Positions 50,442 to 59,771 of a DNA stretch of 64,000 bases are shown here, in pieces. Position numbers and translations under genes: made by a program. The stretch comes from an uncultured Bacteroidota bacterium. GTDB lineage: Bacteria; Bacteroidota; Ignavibacteria; UBA10030; UBA8401. The stretch covers positions 45,496-109,495 of the forward strand of contig CAVYWA010000010.1 of the NCBI GenBank assembly GCA_963772165.1, in the 5' to 3' direction. Each line of letters starts with the position of its first letter. The first letter of the stretch is position 1. The notes beneath the pieces are model-generated. The model ran no database searches and was not told the DNA's origin. It saw only the letters and a list, made by a program, of their open reading frames with translations.

Positions 50442-52895
50442 ATGAAAACAACAACGCTCAAATGTAGGAACGCCCGCTTGGTAGTCTCTCTTGTCACTAT
50501 GGCTGTCCTTTTCTTAACCCCACACACCATGTACTCCGGAACCATCCGGCACACCGAGGATTTCAGTAAGAATTGGAAGTTTCATCTTGGCGATGTCACG
50601 AACGCACAGAAAATCAACCTCAACGATTCTGACTGGCGAATTCTCGACCTGCCGCACGACTGGAGCATCGAAGGAGAATTCAAGAAGGACAATCCGGCGA
50701 CGCCGGGCGGCGGAGCTTTGCCGGGAGGCGTCGGCTGGTATCGCAAAACATTTTCCATCGCGGAATCCGAAAATAAGAAATTAGCCTATGTGGAATTTGA
50801 TGGAGTGTACCGGAATAGCGAAGTGTGGATCAACGGCTATTACCTTGGCAAGCGGCCATACGGCTATAGCTCTTTTCAGTACCAGCTGACTCCGTTCCTG
50901 AAATACGGCAACGAACAAAATATTCTGGCAGTGAGAGTCGATAACTCACAGCAGCCTAATTCGCGCTGGTATTCCGGTTCGGGAATTTATCGCAACGTCC
51001 GGCTTATAACGACAGAAACAATTCATGTCGATCATTGGGGGACGTATATCACAACACCGGAAGTATCGGAGCAATCGGCGACAGTTTCCGTCCGCACAAA
51101 AGTGAAGAATAGCACCGAGAAAGAACAAGCCGTGAAGGTCAAAACAACTGTCCTGGATGAGGACGGCAATGCCGTGGCAGAGATAGAATCCGGAAATGCC
51201 GTACCGAAAAATTCCGTCTCTGAAGTCTCCCAGGAAATTGCGGTCAAGACCCCGCATCTCTGGACGCTTGAAAGCCCGCACCTATACAAGGCCGTGACGA
51301 CAATCAAATGCGATGGGAAGGTATGCGATGACTACGAAACGACGTTCGGCATTCGGACGTTTGTTTTCGATGCCGACAAAGGATTTTTCCTGAACGGAAA
51401 GCATGTGAAGGTCAACGGCGTCTGCGACCACCACGACCTTGGCTGTCTTGGTTCGGCGGTCAACAAACGCGCGCTCGAACGCCAGCTCGAGATTCTGAAA
51501 GCAATGGGGTGCAACGCCATCCGCACCTCGCATAACCCTCCAGCTCCAGAACTCCTCGATCTGTGCGACGCAATGGGCTTTATCGTTATGGATGAAGCGT
51601 TCGACATGTGGAAAAAGAAAAAAACCGATTTCGATTATTCCTTAGACTGGGACACGTGGCACAGGCAGGATCTCACAGATATGATCCTTCGCGACCGAAA
51701 TCATCCCAGCGTTTTCATCTGGAGCATCGGAAACGAAATCGTAGAACAGTGGGATATGCAGGACAGCAGCGGTACGACCATCGCACAAGAGCTTGCATCG
51801 CTTGTAAAATCTCTCGACTCGACCCGGCCTATTACCTCCGCATGCAATAATCCGGTTCCCCTCAATCCTCTTATCCGGTCGGGCGCTCTCGATCTCATCG
51901 GACACAACTACAGCATTGATAAGTATCCCGACTTTCCGAAAACTTTTCCCGGAAAAAAATTCATCGCAACCGAAACGGTTTCCGCTCTGGCTACCCGAGG
52001 CCACTATGACATGCCGTCGGACACCATCAGGCGATGGCCTATACGCTGGGACATCCCTTTCAATACCGGAAACCCTGACAACACATGTTCCGCGTACGAT
52101 AACTGCAGCGCTCCCTGGGGATCAACCCACGAAGAGACGTGGAAGATCATAAAGAAATATGATTTCCTTTCCGGCATGTTCATCTGGACCGGTTTTGATT
52201 ATCTCGGAGAGCCAACTCCCTACGGCTGGCCTTCACGCAGTTCCTACTTTGGCATCATCGATCTGGCCGGTTTTCCGAAAGACGTCTATTATATGTACCA
52301 AAGCGAATGGACGGACAAGCCGGTGCTGCATCTTTTCCCCCACTGGAATTGGAAAAAAGGAGACACGGTCGACGTGTGGGCGTACACCAATTGTCAAGAG
52401 GTGGAATTATTCCTGAACGGGCAATCACTGGGGACAAAGAAGAAAACCGGCGATGCTCTCCACGTCATGTGGAAAGTTCCTTTTGCACCGGGCACGTTGA
52501 AAGCCGTCGGGCGCAGCGGCGGGAAGGAGATTCTGACACAGGAAATCAAGACAGCCGGGGAACCGGCAAAGATCGTTTTGGAGGCAGATCGGAACGCAAT
52601 CTCTGCGGACGGTAAAGATCTTTCATTTGTCACGGTCAAAGTGCTGGATGAAGCCGGCACGCTCGTGCCGAATGCAGATAATCTCATTCACTTTAGTGTG
52701 TCAAGTGAAGGGAGAATTGTCGGAGTAGACAACGGCCTGCAGACGAGCCATGAATCGTTTAAGGCGCACGACCGGAGGGCATTCAACGGCCTCTGCCTCT
52801 CGGTGATTCAATCGACGGAAAAAGCCGGCCGCATTACGTTAGAAGCACGCTCGGACGGTTTGAAAGGGTCTTCGATTATCATTGACTCAAAATAA
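50442..52895 (+). CDS. beta-galactosidase, glycoside hydrolase family 2, secreted
   Basis: signal peptide; GH2 sugar-binding, Ig-like and TIM-barrel motifs (WSIGNE acid/base region, FIWTGFDYLGEP). Confidence 0.85.
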   Translation: MKTTTLKCRNARLVVSLVTMAVLFLTPHTMYSGTIRHTEDFSKNWKFHLGDVTNAQKINLNDSDWRILDLPHDWSIEGEFKKDNPATPGGGALPGGVGWYRKTFSIAESENKKLAYVEFDGVYRNSEVWINGYYLGKRPYGYSSFQYQLTPFLKYGNEQNILAVRVDNSQQPNSRWYSGSGIYRNVRLITTETIHVDHWGTYITTPEVSEQSATVSVRTKVKNSTEKEQAVKVKTTVLDEDGNAVAEIESGNAVPKNSVSEVSQEIAVKTPHLWTLESPHLYKAVTTIKCDGKVCDDYETTFGIRTFVFDADKGFFLNGKHVKVNGVCDHHDLGCLGSAVNKRALERQLEILKAMGCNAIRTSHNPPAPELLDLCDAMGFIVMDEAFDMWKKKKTDFDYSLDWDTWHRQDLTDMILRDRNHPSVFIWSIGNEIVEQWDMQDSSGTTIAQELASLVKSLDSTRPITSACNNPVPLNPLIRSGALDLIGHNYSIDKYPDFPKTFPGKKFIATETVSALATRGHYDMPSDTIRRWPIRWDIPFNTGNPDNTCSAYDNCSAPWGSTHEETWKIIKKYDFLSGMFIWTGFDYLGEPTPYGWPSRSSYFGIIDLAGFPKDVYYMYQSEWTDKPVLHLFPHWNWKKGDTVDVWAYTNCQEVELFLNGQSLGTKKKTGDALHVMWKVPFAPGTLKAVGRSGGKEILTQEIKTAGEPAKIVLEADRNAISADGKDLSFVTVKVLDEAGTLVPNADNLIHFSVSSEGRIVGVDNGLQTSHESFKAHDRRAFNGLCLSVIQSTEKAGRITLEARSDGLKGSSIIIDSK

Positions 52896-52917
52896 AGAGG
52901 AGCGTAAAGGGCAAAGA

Positions 52918-53146
52918 TATTTTTTTCATCTCGTTCCCGATGCCCTGTTGGGAACGAGATGAAAACTTTCGCGTCTTTTCGTGAGCTTAGTGGATTGTTT
53001 GCCGTTCTGCATATATCTCGTTCCCAATCTCCGATGGGGAACGAGATAAATAACTATGCATACGAAAACACCCGAATGTTTTTTAGGGGCAGCGATCTGC
53101 AGAAATACAATTTTTCCGTGCACTTCGTGAGCTTAGTAGATTGCTT
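52918..53146. repeat. structured repeat block: two hairpins with conserved 11-bp stems (A 52918..52950, A' 53005..53037) interleaved with two 33-bp direct repeats (B 52968..53000, B' 53114..53146)
   Basis: stems atctcgttccc/gggaacgagat identical, loops differ; B units ttcgtgagcttagtRgattgYttgcYgttctgc. Confidence 0.55.
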
Positions 53147-53190
53147 GCTGTTCTGCGAAAAACCAGTCAAGTACTCGAAGCACATTTCCA

Positions 53191-54663
53191 TCATACCTTT
53201 TTAAAATCGATGTATCCCCGGTCGACATCCGTGTAGACAAGCTCTACGCGGACACGGTGGCCTACCTCCAGCCCGTCAAAACCGTTCACAAGCTTTCCTT
53301 CCACGGGAGGATGCAGAAGACGGACCCACGTCCCTTTGGCCGAAGCGCCGGTAACAATCGCATCGAATTGTTCCCCGATTCTCGACTCAAGCAACATGGC
53401 CGCCGCAGACTTCTCAACCTGCCGCTCCACTTTTTTTGCCTCGTCCTCCTCTTCGGTGCAGTGCGCAGCGAGCGTCTCCAATTCGTCAGTCGTATAGGGC
53501 TGGCCCTCTCCCGCCATCGCCGACTTCAACAAACGCTGAGTAATAATGTCCGGGTAACGCCGATTCGGTGCCGTGGAATGAGAATAGTCTTTGACCGCGA
53601 GGCCGAAGTGCCCAACCGCCGCGTCCGCCGGGAGTTCAACAATGTATTCGCCCGGTCCCATTAATTTGATAACGCTGAGACAGAGGTCCGGAAAACGAAG
53701 AGGGTCGGCGGCTTGCTCGGCGTTTAAAAACTGCTCCAATGATTTTGAGTCGGGCTTTTCCGGAAGAGTGAAACTCCGCTCTAAAGCGAGTTGGACGATC
53801 CGGTTCCAATTCTTCGGCGTACGCACAATCCGCCGCAGTGACGGATATTTCTTTTGTGCAAGGTATCGTGCGGTGACACCGTTCGCAGCAATCATGAAAT
53901 CTTCTATAATGTCTTTTGCCCTGTTTTTTCTTTCAACATCAAGACGAGTGATTTCGTCATTGTCAAAAACCGGACGGGCTTCAATCGTTTCGAAGTTGAG
54001 CGCACCGTGCACAGACCGAAGCGCTTTCATCTTTTGAGCAGTGCGATCCTGAAGCCTGATGTTGTCGTCGAGGCCGGCGACGATGCCGATCTCTTCCGGC
54101 ATCGGACCGTTCCCCTCAAGCCATTCGGCGACGCCGTTATAGGCCAGCTTTGCACGGTTGCGAACCGCCGCTCTGTAAATATCCGACCCCTGAAGCGATC
54201 CATCCTCGCCGATGACCATTTCAACGACGACGGCAAAGCGGTCCGAATCAAAATTGAGCGAAGTCAGGTCGGTTGAAAGTTTTTCAGGGAGCATCGGAAA
54301 TATTTCTGCCGCAGTGTATACCGAAGTAGTATTATGCCGGGCATGTTCATCAAGCGCTGAATGGTTCTTGACGATAGCGTCCACGTCGGCGATGGCGACA
54401 AGGATCTTCACGGCTCCGTCAGGCATACTTTCTGCGACGGTGAGTTGATCGAGGTCGCGCGAATCATCGTTGTCGATTGAACACCAGAGAAGCTCTCGCA
54501 AATCCCGAGCCGACGCATCACCATCTGTCCCCTGCTCGTGGATGCCGTCAAGTTCTGCCAGGGCTTGACGAGAAAAATCCGGAAGAAGTCCTCTCTCAAG
54601 CATCACGCGGCGGGCAATTTTTTGCAGCAAAACGCGGTGTTTTTTATTGTTTGTATCGGTCAT
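53191..54663 (-). CDS. RNB-domain exoribonuclease (RNase II/R family, short form) with C-terminal S1
   Basis: DDSRDLDQL and HFGLAVKDYSHSTAPNRRYPD RNB catalytic motifs. Confidence 0.8.
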   Translation of the reverse strand: MTDTNNKKHRVLLQKIARRVMLERGLLPDFSRQALAELDGIHEQGTDGDASARDLRELLWCSIDNDDSRDLDQLTVAESMPDGAVKILVAIADVDAIVKNHSALDEHARHNTTSVYTAAEIFPMLPEKLSTDLTSLNFDSDRFAVVVEMVIGEDGSLQGSDIYRAAVRNRAKLAYNGVAEWLEGNGPMPEEIGIVAGLDDNIRLQDRTAQKMKALRSVHGALNFETIEARPVFDNDEITRLDVERKNRAKDIIEDFMIAANGVTARYLAQKKYPSLRRIVRTPKNWNRIVQLALERSFTLPEKPDSKSLEQFLNAEQAADPLRFPDLCLSVIKLMGPGEYIVELPADAAVGHFGLAVKDYSHSTAPNRRYPDIITQRLLKSAMAGEGQPYTTDELETLAAHCTEEEDEAKKVERQVEKSAAAMLLESRIGEQFDAIVTGASAKGTWVRLLHPPVEGKLVNGFDGLEVGHRVRVELVYTDVDRGYIDFKKV

Positions 54664-54784
54664 TAGTCAGTGTGATATTATTTTAGGCGTAGCTCACAAT
54701 TTTTCCGCAAGAGATTGCGAACAGTATCGGATAAACGGGTCGCGTTGTCAACCGCCAAAATTGCGGTGAGCATCGCGCAAGGTA

Positions 54785-56671
54785 TTACTTTCCCATCGTG
54801 TCAAGAATCTTTTCCATCTCATCCATCACGCGGTTCATTTTTTTCATCGTCAGATCAAACGGTGCAGAAGTGGTCATATCTACTCCCGCCTTCTTCAACA
54901 GGTTGATCGGGTAGTCCGACCCGCCGGCGGAGAGAAATTCCAGGTATCGTTTCGTCTCCGCCTTGTCTCCGCCCAACACTTGTTCCGAAAGCGCACAGGA
55001 GGCGGTGAATGCCGTCGCGTATTGGTAGACGTAAAAATTATAGTAGAAATGAGGGATATAACTCCACTCAGACTGAATTTCGTCGTCGACAATGCATATT
55101 CCCTTGTCGTGCCCGTAATATTTTTTCGTGATTTCCATGTAGACTTCGTTGAGCTTGTCGCCCGTCAAAGCGGTGCCCTGTTCAGCAAGGTCATGGATGC
55201 GGAGTTCAAATTCGGCAAACTGCGTTTGGCGGAAGACCGTGCCTTTGATTCCCTCCAGGTACTTTCCGAGCAGCGAGAGCTTCACCGTGTCATTCTGAAT
55301 GGTTTTTAACATATGATCGATCAACAAGGCTTCGTTGAACGTCGATGCAACTTCTGCGACAAAGATCGGGTAGTCGGCCGTCGGGTAGGGCTGCGTTTTG
55401 TTTGAAAAATAACTTTGCATCGTATGCCCGAGTTCATGGGCAAGCGTACTCATGTCGTCGTACTTGCCGTTGAAGTTGAGAAGCATGTACGGATGAACGC
55501 CATACGCGGAGCCGTTGGAGTAGGCGCCGCTCCGTTTTCCCTCGGTCGGAAAAACGTCGATCCAACGGTCGGAAAAAGCTCTCTTCGTGACGGAAAGGTA
55601 TTCGTTGCCGAGCGGCGCGAGCGACGCAAGAACATTTTGTTTTGACTCCTCGACCGAATAGTTCAGATCAACGCCGCGAAGAAGCGGTGCATACAGGTCG
55701 TAATAATGGAGCGTGTCCACCCCGAGAATCCTCTTTCTCAACTTCAGGTAACGATGGAACGTCGCGAGGTTTGCGTTGACGTTATCAACAAGGCTGTGAT
55801 AGACCTGCACCGGAATATTGTTGGCATCGAGCGCGCTTTGCAGAGACGATTCGTACTTCCGCGCTTTCATGTAAAAAATATCTTTGTTCACGTTTGCCGA
55901 AAGCTCCGCCCCGTACGTTCTGCGGTATTGGTTCATCGCTCCGAAATACGCCGCAAAGACTTTTTTCCGGTCGTCGCGATTGGTGGATGCCCGGTGGAGG
56001 CTGAAGGCCGCCTGGTCCAGCTTCACTGTGCTTCCATCGCTCAAAACAAGTTCCGGATACGGAAAATCGGCATTCGAGAAGACATTGAAGATGCTTTCCG
56101 GGCCATCGGCCATCAAGCCGGCATCGGCAATAATTTTTTCTTCTCCCCCGCTCCCTGTATGCGCCTGGCGCCGCAGGATGTCGTCGAGATAATGACGGTA
56201 TACTTCCAACTTTTTTTCCTGCTTGAGAAACGAGTCGACCGTTGCCCGGTCAATCTTGAGAATCTCGGGCTCGATGAATGATGCTGCCGCACCGATCGTC
56301 GAGCTGACCTGACTCATTTCCTGCTTCATCGCCAGATACTTTGATTCCCGCGTATCCTGGTCCGAGCTCATGCTTGCGTACGAGGAGAGTCGAGAATATT
56401 CTTTGGCAAGCCGGCTGCTGAACTCCAAGCACCCCAGCAGCTTTTCGGGTGAAGAACTCAGCGTCCCTTGAAATTTTTTTACCTCCGGAATTTCGGCAAC
56501 GAGCGCCTCCTTTGCTTTCTTCCATGCGTCGTCGGAAGGGTACAGTTCGCTGAGATCCCATGTATCTTTCTCCGGGATTTTTGCCCTGTCCCGTTCCTGG
56601 GCAATCGCAGCGTGAGATTCCGCAGCCAAAATACCAAAAAGAGAAATGGCTGCTATTGTCAATGGGTGCAT
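54785..56671 (-). CDS. M3-family oligoendopeptidase F-like metallopeptidase, secreted
   Basis: HELGHTMQSY zinc motif (HExxH) plus downstream E; start taken at MHPLTIAAISLFGIL signal peptide. Confidence 0.8.
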   Translation of the reverse strand: MHPLTIAAISLFGILAAESHAAIAQERDRAKIPEKDTWDLSELYPSDDAWKKAKEALVAEIPEVKKFQGTLSSSPEKLLGCLEFSSRLAKEYSRLSSYASMSSDQDTRESKYLAMKQEMSQVSSTIGAAASFIEPEILKIDRATVDSFLKQEKKLEVYRHYLDDILRRQAHTGSGGEEKIIADAGLMADGPESIFNVFSNADFPYPELVLSDGSTVKLDQAAFSLHRASTNRDDRKKVFAAYFGAMNQYRRTYGAELSANVNKDIFYMKARKYESSLQSALDANNIPVQVYHSLVDNVNANLATFHRYLKLRKRILGVDTLHYYDLYAPLLRGVDLNYSVEESKQNVLASLAPLGNEYLSVTKRAFSDRWIDVFPTEGKRSGAYSNGSAYGVHPYMLLNFNGKYDDMSTLAHELGHTMQSYFSNKTQPYPTADYPIFVAEVASTFNEALLIDHMLKTIQNDTVKLSLLGKYLEGIKGTVFRQTQFAEFELRIHDLAEQGTALTGDKLNEVYMEITKKYYGHDKGICIVDDEIQSEWSYIPHFYYNFYVYQYATAFTASCALSEQVLGGDKAETKRYLEFLSAGGSDYPINLLKKAGVDMTTSAPFDLTMKKMNRVMDEMEKILDTMGK

Positions 56672-57164
56672 AGAAAAGCCTTTCGTGCAATAATGGAAGA
56701 ATCTTTCGGGGATATGAAAAATTATAACGATTGTTTTGACCGTAGGTTTCAATCTATAGTAACAATGCTCGTGCTTAAAATCAATTGTCTTCAGTGCGAA
56801 ATCGGGCGCGGTGCGTGCCATACTATTAAAAACAGCGCTTTGCATCAAGCCATCGCAATAGATTGGAATGTTGCAACACGCCCCCTTCCCCTCTCTCCGA
56901 CGCACACGCCCTCGCCGCAGAGGGGAGTTTTAAGGAGAGAAGTTCAGACATCCTCCGGTGCCGACAGGAATAATAAAATGGATGTCATCCTACTGAGCAT
57001 TACGCTTTAAATTATGTCATAGAGAAAAATTGTGAATTTGTGACGTGGTCCTGTTATATTCCCCTCTCTGCGTAGGCCTGCGGGGCAAGAGAGAGGGGTT
57101 AGGGGTGTGTCAGAAACCTGGGTAATCATGACACGAAAAATCATTCCATATAATCCAACATTAA

Positions 57165-57497
57165 AAAAAAGTAACCCGTGATCTGCGCAACAACAGTATT
57201 ATTGGGGAAGTGTTGCTCCGGAAAAAATTGCGTCATAAACAAATGCTCGGCTACGACTTCCACCGGCAAAAGCCGATCGACCAATTCATCGTTGATTTCT
57301 TTCGCATTGAATTAAACCTTGCAATTGAGATTGACGGCGGTTCCCATGAGGGGGCTGAAGCGCAGGTGAAGGACGCTGCGCGGCAAGAACGATGAGAATC
57401 CCTAGGTGTAAAGTTTTTGAGGTTCAAAGGATCCAACACCAGAAAAAATATTCGAGATGTATTGGATATCATTGAGCAGTGGATAAAAACGAACGCA
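57165..57497 (+). pseudogene. DUF559 (very-short-patch-repair-like endonuclease fold) gene with in-frame TGA at 57393..57395
   Basis: YDFHRQKPIDQFIVDFF...LAIEIDGGSHE...RQER*ESLGVKFLRFKGSN...VLDIIEQWI follows DUF559 consensus through the stop in the same frame. Confidence 0.5.
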
Positions 57498-57561
57498 CTA
57501 TAACACACCCTCGCCGCAGAGGAGAGTAGACGATATGCGGGTTCGTTTGGAAGCATCAAAA

Positions 57562-57600
57562 CAAAAAAAATGCGATGCACTTTTTATTGCACCGCATTTT
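57562..57600 (-). terminator. rho-independent terminator downstream of pilin-like gene
   Basis: hairpin aatgcgatgcac/ttgcaccgcatt followed on minus strand by U8. Confidence 0.4.
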
Positions 57601-57626
57601 CAGTAAAACGTTACTGTGTGAAACTC

Positions 57627-58040
57627 TTAGCTCAATCTGGAATATTCAGCAGCGTCCGGTTGCTGGTATACGCGTTGGAGCGTCCACTTCACTCCGTTAT
57701 ACTGCAGGATTGCAATCATCGTCACCTGGAATCCGTTGTAGGTTCCGGTCGATGTTATCCGCATTTGAGTCCCCGAAAGCCCCGTCGGCCGGTCTGCAAC
57801 ATACGACGCGCTTCCGCCGTTCACACTTACCGTGCTTGAAGGGAGGCTGGCCGAGGAGTTGCCCCCAACATCGCCTATGGCAAACTTTACGCCTGCATTG
57901 GAAATCTGTCGTGCCTGATCGTGGAAGGCTTGGGACTGTGCAACATTGTAGATAGCCTGGTCCGTCGTCGTAAACAACAACGCAAAAGCCCCGATCATGA
58001 CATACGCCCCGAGACCGATAATGACTTTTGAAGTTCCCAT
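57627..58040 (-). CDS. N-terminally anchored small protein, candidate atypical (pseudo)pilin
   Basis: MGTSKVIIGLG|AYVMIGAFALLF: Gly followed by ~20 hydrophobic residues, no Glu+5; last gene of pilB-pilC operon. Confidence 0.35.
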   Translation of the reverse strand: MGTSKVIIGLGAYVMIGAFALLFTTTDQAIYNVAQSQAFHDQARQISNAGVKFAIGDVGGNSSASLPSSTVSVNGGSASYVADRPTGLSGTQMRITSTGTYNGFQVTMIAILQYNGVKWTLQRVYQQPDAAEYSRLS

Positions 58041-58200
58041 ACTCTCCTCGTTAATGTGGCCGATCTACACTCAAAAGCTTCTTCCGAAGCCCGTCTTTCT
58101 TGTCTTTTGTCTATGTTAAAAATAACATCTCCACGTGCAATAACAATACGGGCGGGGGCGTATACTCACAAATACGGTGCGCGCAGGATGCCTCTATTTC

Positions 58201-58836
58201 CTAAAGATTCTGTGGAAAAACAGTCCTCTCCCAATAGGCCCTGACGTATTTTGTAGGAAAATTGTTGACAGCGGTATCAGTGCTCTTTTCGTGCGAATAC
58301 AAACCCGACGCCGCAGGGGCTGTCGTAATTTCATCTCCTACCTGACCGCTCGATTCCATGACAAGGCTCACTTTAATGGATTTAATTCCGGAAACGTTGG
58401 TGCTATAAGCCTTTGTGTTCCCTAAAGAATCGTAATATGTAAAGCATAGTGAATCGACGTCACGCGCCAACTCGAAAGCCGCCCCTCCGTTAATGCAACT
58501 GACCATTCTGTACAAACTTCGGTGAGTACCGGAGTACGTAGGACCGAGATAATATCGAACGAAATCGGCGACGCCGTCATTGTTAATATCTGCTGTAAAT
58601 GCCATCGCCTGGGCCATGGCTGTGTCAAATGTCTTCGTCGTCCCGGTTGGTCCATACCCCGCAAGCCGAATATCATCGGTCAGCACTTGTGCCGGTACTA
58701 CTGTCTTTTGCTTAACTATGTAAAGCGTACTCTTATAGGTATAGGCGCTTTGCAAACCGACGCTTAAATAGAGAGTCATGAGTACGATGGCGCCACGAAT
58801 GACCATCGAACCGATGATGTCCAGCATTGTGCTCAT
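58201..58836 (-). CDS. N-terminally anchored protein, candidate atypical (pseudo)pilin
   Basis: single N-terminal hydrophobic helix; start codon overlaps stop of upstream gene (ATGA at 58836). Confidence 0.35.
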   Translation of the reverse strand: MSTMLDIIGSMVIRGAIVLMTLYLSVGLQSAYTYKSTLYIVKQKTVVPAQVLTDDIRLAGYGPTGTTKTFDTAMAQAMAFTADINNDGVADFVRYYLGPTYSGTHRSLYRMVSCINGGAAFELARDVDSLCFTYYDSLGNTKAYSTNVSGIKSIKVSLVMESSGQVGDEITTAPAASGLYSHEKSTDTAVNNFPTKYVRAYWERTVFPQNL

Positions 58837-59438
58837 TAGTACGTCGCAATAGCGCTAAATGTAAGAGGTTTTGTCAAATAAATCGGATGAGTCACAGTCA
58901 CATCGATTCGCTTCCACCAAGTCTGAACGCTCGCAGATGCATTTGTGTTACTCTTTGTAACATAATAAACGTTCACTGTTAACTTGTATCCCGAAATGTC
59001 GGCAGAGTTCGCCGTCCTCACATATCCTTTATAGTCGTCTACATCGTCAAACCAACTCGGACTGTCCCCCCGAATTGATTTATACGGCACCACATCTGGA
59101 TTTCCCCCCGGCATTACATTGTTTTCCGTCGCTGCTGAAGTCCCCATTGCACTTGGAGGGTCAAAAAGTGTTGGTCTACCTGTTGAATCCGGCCATGGCA
59201 AATTGTACTGATTGTAAGGGCCTGTAACTTTTCCCGATCCATCAAGCGTCACCTGCGAATCAAATTTCTTCGTCAAAATTTCTCCGATTAAAGCATTGGC
59301 AAAATTTGATGCCTGTTCTATTGCCTCTTCCTGGAGATAGTATTTCGTATTCTCGAGGATCATCTTATTGGCACTCAGAACTGCCAGGGTCAGCAGTACA
59401 AAAAATGCCGCTGAAATCATCGTCTGCCCGAGGCTCAT
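58836..59438 (-). CDS. N-terminally anchored protein, candidate atypical (pseudo)pilin
   Basis: MSLG|QTMISAAFFVLLTLAVLSA resembles a degenerate class-III signal lacking Glu+5. Confidence 0.35.
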   Translation of the reverse strand: MSLGQTMISAAFFVLLTLAVLSANKMILENTKYYLQEEAIEQASNFANALIGEILTKKFDSQVTLDGSGKVTGPYNQYNLPWPDSTGRPTLFDPPSAMGTSAATENNVMPGGNPDVVPYKSIRGDSPSWFDDVDDYKGYVRTANSADISGYKLTVNVYYVTKSNTNASASVQTWWKRIDVTVTHPIYLTKPLTFSAIATY

Positions 59439-59771
59439 CGTGGACCCTTTTCGGATGAGCGTTTAAGAAAAAACATTACGTTACGATGTGCCAATATACC
59501 GAACCCCTCAAAATGTGCAGTGAGATTTGTCACACGAGTAAAAGATTGCATCGCATGCCAGCCAGTGTCACAATAGCCTCTAATGAGAAATCTTTTGCTG
59601 CGGCCCATCTTCCTCGCCGTTCTTCCGAACATTTTCGGGAATTTTCTTGAGATGACATTCGCCACGGAGTGGAAGAGCATTACTTCCTCCTTCCAGAAAA
59701 GATGCCTTCGACAAGGAGGAATTGAAAAGGGGTCGCAAAAACACAGAACTTATTTTTTGCTGGAGCAGAAA

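Noticed and set aside
52918-53146. Possible mini-CRISPR array (repeated 32-33-bp units with intervening sequence)
   Set aside because: Only two copies of each unit. Units A and B alternate rather than one repeat separated by unique spacers. The A copies differ in their loops while keeping stems (hairpin selection, not CRISPR repeat identity). No cas genes or leader nearby.
57393-57395. In-frame TGA in the DUF559 gene as evidence of stop-codon recoding (alternative genetic code or selenocysteine)
   Set aside because: TGA clearly terminates other genes in the window (e.g. ruvB at 6422..6424, overlapped by the next gene's ATG). No SECIS-like context examined and no Sec machinery seen. Nonsense pseudogene or sequencing error is the simpler reading.
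57210-57395. Stand-alone 61-aa ORF from the track
   Set aside because: It is the middle part of the DUF559 reading frame, which extends upstream to ~57165 and continues in the same frame past the TGA to 57497. Reported instead as a pseudogene.
59435-59680. 81-aa ORF in the pilB / pilin-like intergenic gap
   Set aside because: Basic, low-complexity product with no motifs, in a region more plausibly holding the promoter for the downstream three-gene set. Likely spurious.
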